A DNA stretch of 64,000 nt from contig JANQPL010000009.1 in NCBI GenBank assembly GCA_028289425.1, positions 324,961 through 388,960 of the forward strand. The letters are read 5' to 3'. The notes under the pieces were generated by a model. That model was not told where the DNA came from and did not search any database. It was given only the letters and a program-made list of their open reading frames with translations. The stretch is from Alphaproteobacteria bacterium. GTDB taxonomy: Bacteria; Pseudomonadota; Alphaproteobacteria; JANQMY01. The position numbers were made by a program, and so were the translations under genes. Positions 59,185 through 64,000 of this stretch are shown here, in pieces (positions within the stretch are counted from its first letter, which is position 1; each line of letters opens with the position of its first letter).

Positions 59185-61070
59185 CCGAACAACTTTCTCT
59201 CGGCGTGATCGGCCATGTGGACCATGGCAAGACCACGTTGGTCAAAGCGCTCACCGGCATGGAAACCGACCGGCTGAAAGAAGAAAAGCTGCGCGGGCTT
59301 TCTATTGTGCTTGGGTTTGCCTACCTCGAAACCGAACGCGGCCTTATCGACTTTATCGACACACCCGGCCATGCGGATTTCGTCCGTACCATGATTTCCG
59401 GGGTGAGCGGCATCGACGCGGCACTCATCGTCATTTCCGCCAACGAGAAAATCATGCCGCAAACGGTGGAACACATTCGCATTGTGTCTCTGCTGGGTAT
59501 CGACCAGGCGGTGGTGGCGCTCACCAAAACTGATTTAGCGACGGATGACGAGATCCGCGATGCCACCACAGAGATAGAGGCCTATCTTGCCGACACGGCA
59601 TTTTCCAACGTGACCATCGTACCGGTGAGTGCGCCGGCGAACCACGGGGTCGACGACTTGGTGGCCGCGCTCAACACGCTGTTCGACACCAAACCCAAAC
59701 GCGCCGATGTGGGTCATTTCTACTTGCCCTTCGACCGGGTGTTTAGCGTGAAAGGCTTCGGCACGGTCGGCACCGGCACCCTCAGCGCGGGGCCCGTCGC
59801 CGTCGGCGATGTGGCGGAAATCGCGCCGGACGGCCGCAAAGCGCGGGTGCGCAGCCTGGAAGTCCACGGGGGTTCTGTTGAGCGCGCCCTGCCCGGCCAA
59901 AGGGTCGCCGCCAATGTGCGCTTGGAAGGCACCGGCGAGATAGCGAGGGGCAACGCACTCACCTCGCCCGACTGGCTGCCCGCATCGGACTATTGGGATG
60001 GCACACTTCAACTGTTAAGCGACGCGCCGAAGGAACTCAAAAGCGGGGCAAAGCTTCGCATCCTGCATGGCACGACGGAAGACATTGCCACGATCCGCTT
60101 GCTCGACAGAGAGCGCCTCAAGCCTGGTGAAACGGGTCCCGTCCAGTTTCGATTGGCCCAACCCGCCGTGGCCTGGCATCAGGAACGGTTCATCGTGCGT
60201 TCGATCACGCCCGTTCAAACCATTGGCGGCGGTCAATTCACGGACACCCAGGCCAAACGGCGCGGGCGCAAAGACAGCGCGATCACGGCGCCGTCCGAAA
60301 AAGCGGATGCCCGCACGACGGCCCTGCTGTCCATCGTCAATAATGCCGGAACGGACGGTATTTCCCTTGCGGAGCTTGGGCAGCGGGTGGACTTGCCGGA
60401 AGACGATCTGCGCCAGCTCTGCCTTAAACACGAATGCTCTATCGAACAAAACGGGCTGGTCTATGCCAGTGGCGTTATCACCGCCACGATGGAAAAGATC
60501 GCGGCGCTGCTGGGCGAATTTCATGAGGCCAATCCGACCCGCATGGGACAGCAACAAAGCGAGTTGGCGTCACGCCTGGGCGTTCCGCAACGCTTGTTCC
60601 GCTTCGCTATGGCGCTGATGGCCGATACCAAACAATTGAACATAAGCCAAGGCATTGTGCGCCTGACCTCATTCGACCCATTCGCGCAGCTTAAACCTGA
60701 CGAGCGCAAAATATTGGAGGCACTGGAACAGCGTTTGATCGAACAAGGCATCACCGCGCCGACGCTCAAAGAGCTCACAGAAGAAAACCCCAAATTCAAA
60801 GACATCTCGCGGTTTTTAGTGGATACAAACCATGCCATCGCGGTTTTCGATGAAAAACGAAAGAACCTGTTCTTCTTCCATCACAGTGCCATTGATGGGG
60901 CCATTGAGGATTTGCGAAAGGCCTTTCCACCGCCGGCGGCCTTCACAGCCAGTCAAGCCCGCGAGGCGCTGGGCACCACCCGCAAATATGTCATGCCGTT
61001 GCTGGGCCATCTGGACAAACAAAAAATTACGCGGCGCAAGGACGACATGCGCACGCTAGCAGTCCAATAA
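59181..61070 (+). CDS. selB: selenocysteine-specific elongation factor
   Basis: GTPase motifs GHVDHGKTT and DTPGH are followed by the C-terminal winged-helix extension. A 4-nt overlap with selA suggests translational coupling. Confidence 0.85.
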   Translation: MTEQLSLGVIGHVDHGKTTLVKALTGMETDRLKEEKLRGLSIVLGFAYLETERGLIDFIDTPGHADFVRTMISGVSGIDAALIVISANEKIMPQTVEHIRIVSLLGIDQAVVALTKTDLATDDEIRDATTEIEAYLADTAFSNVTIVPVSAPANHGVDDLVAALNTLFDTKPKRADVGHFYLPFDRVFSVKGFGTVGTGTLSAGPVAVGDVAEIAPDGRKARVRSLEVHGGSVERALPGQRVAANVRLEGTGEIARGNALTSPDWLPASDYWDGTLQLLSDAPKELKSGAKLRILHGTTEDIATIRLLDRERLKPGETGPVQFRLAQPAVAWHQERFIVRSITPVQTIGGGQFTDTQAKRRGRKDSAITAPSEKADARTTALLSIVNNAGTDGISLAELGQRVDLPEDDLRQLCLKHECSIEQNGLVYASGVITATMEKIAALLGEFHEANPTRMGQQQSELASRLGVPQRLFRFAMALMADTKQLNISQGIVRLTSFDPFAQLKPDERKILEALEQRLIEQGITAPTLKELTEENPKFKDISRFLVDTNHAIAVFDEKRKNLFFFHHSAIDGAIEDLRKAFPPPAAFTASQAREALGTTRKYVMPLLGHLDKQKITRRKDDMRTLAVQ

Positions 61071-61083
61071 TGAGGAGCCGCTC

Positions 61084-61878
61084 ATGCCGGCCGAGCAAAA
61101 AGTAATCGACCCGGACCTGTCGGACTTTCAAGTACCGATGCAGCCAATCCCCGAGCGGGTAGAAGCCGCAATCGCCCGCGGCGTTGAAGCCGGGCGGGAC
61201 ATGCCGCTCGAAAGCGCCGGTGACATGCTGACCGTTCCCGAGGGCGCCAAGATCGACAATGTGCATCGAAACAGCGACGGCTTATTGGTCGTTTGCTGCC
61301 ACACGGATATGCCCAACGTGTTACCGAATATGTGGACCTGGTGGTTCGGCTGGCATATGCCTTCTTCCGCGAGATATCGGCTGTGGCATCCCAAGGATCA
61401 TGTGAGGTCTCAGATCAACTTCGATCAGGCGGCCGCGGACAGACATCGCTCGAAATACATCGGCCAGGCGTCGATGGTCGACGAGTATATCGGCGGCAAG
61501 ATGCAAAAGCTGACGATCGCCTTTCAACCGCCTGCTGATTTCGGGCTGGATCAGGATGAAGTCGACCGTCAAGGGGTTGCCATCTGTGCCCGGACGGAAC
61601 TGCGCACACCGCCGATGGCCGCGGGGCGGTTGATCCATCTGGTCAGACGAACAAATGCGGGATCGGAGATGCTCAGCCGCTTTTGGTTGGGAAACGTCAA
61701 TGTCGAGGTGCCGTTCGTTGGCACGATCCTTGATCCCATACTCAATACGCGATCCATGCGTCATGTTCTGGCGACAGACCAAATGGGTCTGGCCTTGCTG
61801 CGTCATTGTTCTGAGGAAATGAACCATTTGGCCCGCATCCTGCCGGACCTCTTCGGTCGATTTGGCGCAGCCGAATGA
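61084..61878 (+). CDS. hypothetical protein (possibly DAPG-hydrolase/PhlG-like)
   Basis: 264 aa with a Trp-rich motif WTWWFGWHMP. The family assignment is a weak recollection. Confidence 0.3.
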   Translation: MPAEQKVIDPDLSDFQVPMQPIPERVEAAIARGVEAGRDMPLESAGDMLTVPEGAKIDNVHRNSDGLLVVCCHTDMPNVLPNMWTWWFGWHMPSSARYRLWHPKDHVRSQINFDQAAADRHRSKYIGQASMVDEYIGGKMQKLTIAFQPPADFGLDQDEVDRQGVAICARTELRTPPMAAGRLIHLVRRTNAGSEMLSRFWLGNVNVEVPFVGTILDPILNTRSMRHVLATDQMGLALLRHCSEEMNHLARILPDLFGRFGAAE

Positions 61879-61960
61879 CAGGCATGTGTTTTGCGCCGAG
61901 TGGCGCTAAACTGGCCACCATTCCTCACGAACAAAATCCGGATGGAGGAGCCGTTTCGCC

Positions 61961-62344
61961 ATGGCCATCACGCTCAACCACACCATCATTTCCGCAAAAG
62001 ACAAAGAAGCGTCAGCACGATTCTTGACAGAAATGTTGGGCCTGCCGGACCCCACTGCCTTTGGTCATTTCGCGGTCGTCCAGGTGGGCGACACATCGCT
62101 GGACTACTTAGAAAATAACGGCAAGATCACGCCGCAACACTACGCATTTTTGGTGAGCGAAGACGAGTTCGATGACATCTTCGGGCGCATTCAGGAACGA
62201 AAACTTTCCTATTGGGCGGACCCATTCAAACAAGAACCGGGCAAGATCAACACGCGCGACGGCGGCCGGGGCTGCTACTTCGACGATCCGGACGGGCATT
62301 TGTTGGAAATCCTGACCCGCCCCTATGGCAGCGGTGATAGCTAG
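61961..62344 (+). CDS. VOC family (glyoxalase-like) protein
   Basis: A single VOC domain of 127 aa. Confidence 0.6.
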   Translation: MAITLNHTIISAKDKEASARFLTEMLGLPDPTAFGHFAVVQVGDTSLDYLENNGKITPQHYAFLVSEDEFDDIFGRIQERKLSYWADPFKQEPGKINTRDGGRGCYFDDPDGHLLEILTRPYGSGDS

Positions 62345-62418
62345 CGATTTGCGGCACGCCTGTCATCCCGTGTCTGCAAAGCAGCACTCGGGATGACAGG
62401 GCGAGAGATGTTGATGCC

Positions 62419-63237
62419 TCAAAACTGCCAATCGGCCTTGCGTTTTTCCATGAAGGCCGCGATGGCTTCTTGATAGTTGGGCTGCTTGACCATGTCGTTG
62501 AGCAGCTGGTTCGCCTCTTGCACGGCCGCGCCCACATCCCGATGGTAGTCGAGATAGATTTGCCGCTTGGTTTGCTTGAGCGACTCCGGTGCGTTGCGCG
62601 TGATCATATCGAGCGCATAGGCTTGAGCTTCCGATACCAACTCCTCACGCGGTCCCAGCCGATGTATGAGTCCCAATTCATATGCTTCGTCAGTCAGGAA
62701 CTTGCGGCTGGACAGTAAAATCTCGGCTGCCCGCGCACCGCCGATGAGCCGCGGCAACAGCCAAGATAATCCGTACTCGGCAGGAAGATTAAGCGGTCCA
62801 TGGGCCGTCGTCAGCTTGGCCCCCGGCACGGCAAAACGCACATCCGCATAGCACGCAAGCACAAAACCCACGCCTGCGGCGGGACCGGTCACCGCCGCGA
62901 TTACCGGCTTTGACAGCGCAAAGTGGTAGGCGAAGTCATTCATGAACGCCGCAAAATCGCGGGAGCCCGGCGTTACCAAATCGGGCCCCGTTCCCGCATC
63001 ATAAGAACCCGCTTCCTTGTGACCTTCGAGCGCTTTTGAGTCCGCGCCAACGCAAAAGAAATTACCGGCGCCCGCAACGACAATGGCGCCAACGCCCGCA
63101 TCTTCGTCAGCTTGTTGCAGAAGTGCGCGATATTCCGTGTGCATCCGGCCCGTCCAGGCATTCGCGCGCTGTGGCCGGTTGAGCGTGATGGTCGCCACCC
63201 GGTCTTTAACATCGTAGAGGGTTGTCTTGAGGTCCAC
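62419..63237 (-). CDS. enoyl-CoA hydratase/isomerase family protein
   Basis: Crotonase fold (ITLNRPQRANAW ... VAGAGNFFCVGAD). Confidence 0.75.
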   Translation of the reverse strand: MDLKTTLYDVKDRVATITLNRPQRANAWTGRMHTEYRALLQQADEDAGVGAIVVAGAGNFFCVGADSKALEGHKEAGSYDAGTGPDLVTPGSRDFAAFMNDFAYHFALSKPVIAAVTGPAAGVGFVLACYADVRFAVPGAKLTTAHGPLNLPAEYGLSWLLPRLIGGARAAEILLSSRKFLTDEAYELGLIHRLGPREELVSEAQAYALDMITRNAPESLKQTKRQIYLDYHRDVGAAVQEANQLLNDMVKQPNYQEAIAAFMEKRKADWQF

Positions 63238-63316
63238 GCTTACCTCCCTTGTGTGGCGCTGTTCCGTTTGACCATCCTGCTTACGCAGGAACGAGTCAAT
63301 GCTGCCCTAGCGGCAA

Positions 63317-64000
63317 CTAGTAATGTACTGACAAGGTCCGGTGGCGGGGGCGCGCCTTGTATTTGGGGTCTTGTCCCCGATTCCACAGCCAGTCGGAAAT
63401 CCGCAACGGTGACACCGGATCCCCATTCGTCGCAGCAAGTGTTGCTAACCGCTCGACGACATGAACGGCCATGGCGCGGATTTCGATTTCCTCAGGCGAT
63501 CCCGGCGGAATCAGCTCGCCTGCATCAATGCGCGCGTTCAAGCGATCGTCAAATTGCAGCAGCCCGTCCACTTTCAAAACATGTGGGACAAGGTTGTCCA
63601 CAAAAATCGTGAGCTTGTTCAGATCGTTGAATTGGCAGCGCGGGTCCACGGGCAGGGACAGCGAGAGGTCGTAACAGGCAAGTTGCGCCCGTTTGAGAAA
63701 GGGAAAGGATCGGCCCCGATAGTCGTAAATGTCTCGGAAGTAATCGATGTCGGCCAAGATATTGCACAACGCGACCGCCGATCCGTCAGCGGCAGCCACC
63801 AACTCGCCAAACCGGCCATTGAAGCGGCCGCTTACCGCGTCACCCAACTGGCGCCATGCTTCCGCAAAGTGGCTCATGAGATCGCCAATCGGCGGGTCCA
63901 TGGTTTGACCGAAGATCTCTGCGCAAGCTGCCGCGTCTACATTTTGCAACCAGGCGACACTCGGCGCACCTTCGGTTTGAAAAAACTCCGCTAGCGCCGT
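63317..64000 (-). CDS. queuosine-salvage family protein (DUF2419), N-terminus outside the window
   Basis: The reading frame stays open to the window edge. My recollection of the DUF2419-like sequence is moderate. Confidence 0.45.
   Translation of the reverse strand, partial: TALAEFFQTEGAPSVAWLQNVDAAACAEIFGQTMDPPIGDLMSHFAEAWRQLGDAVSGRFNGRFGELVAAADGSAVALCNILADIDYFRDIYDYRGRSFPFLKRAQLACYDLSLSLPVDPRCQFNDLNKLTIFVDNLVPHVLKVDGLLQFDDRLNARIDAGELIPPGSPEEIEIRAMAVHVVERLATLAATNGDPVSPLRISDWLWNRGQDPKYKARPRHRTLSVHY

Noticed and set aside
1-64000. CRISPR arrays, rRNA genes, integrases / phage genes
   Set aside because: No regularly spaced direct repeats, no rRNA-like conserved segments, and no integrase or phage structural ORFs were seen. 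The only mobile-element signal is the RAYT/REP unit and the palindromic repeats.

Overview
This is a GC-rich (~58-60%), gene-dense chromosomal window, probably proteobacterial, that splits into three parts. (1) Positions 1-20.8 kb hold an almost complete nucleoside/purine catabolic supercluster: a deoC fragment, a tandem-domain aldehyde dehydrogenase, AMP nucleosidase and a LOG-family nucleotide N-glycosidase. Two adenosine/adenine-deaminase-family genes follow, then a TonB-dependent receptor, guanine deaminase and xdhABC, ending with the urate-to-glyoxylate pathway that includes the rarer PuuD (urate hydroxylase) and PuuE (allantoinase) isozymes. (2) Positions 21-51 kb are a mixed accessory region. 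It carries small secreted proteins, several flavin monooxygenase / glutathione S-transferase / TetR oxidoreductase modules, and a Y1 (REP-associated, IS200-like) transposase gene bracketed by inverted REP-like repeats. It also has an unrelated family of long perfect palindromic elements and an NsrR (Rrf2) locus with alternative oxidase, a group-III truncated hemoglobin and a YeaR-like gene. (3) Positions 45.7-61 kb are the most striking: a selenium island. It contains a tRNA-Sec gene (anticodon UCA) and a selD that itself has an in-frame UGA at the Cys17-equivalent position, followed by selA and selB. Four further genes are each interrupted by a single in-frame TGA at a redox-motif position, each followed by a SECIS-like hairpin: two paralogous WUPxC redoxins (one membrane-anchored, one fused to a DsbD-alpha-like domain), a tandem CMD/AhpD-like protein with a RVSxxNDCFYUxxxH motif, and a UGSC-family protein. 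An uncharacterized 528-aa thioredoxin-fold (CPTC) fusion protein sits inside the selenoprotein operon. All calls rest on reading the translated ORFs and the nucleotide sequence directly; no database searches were run.
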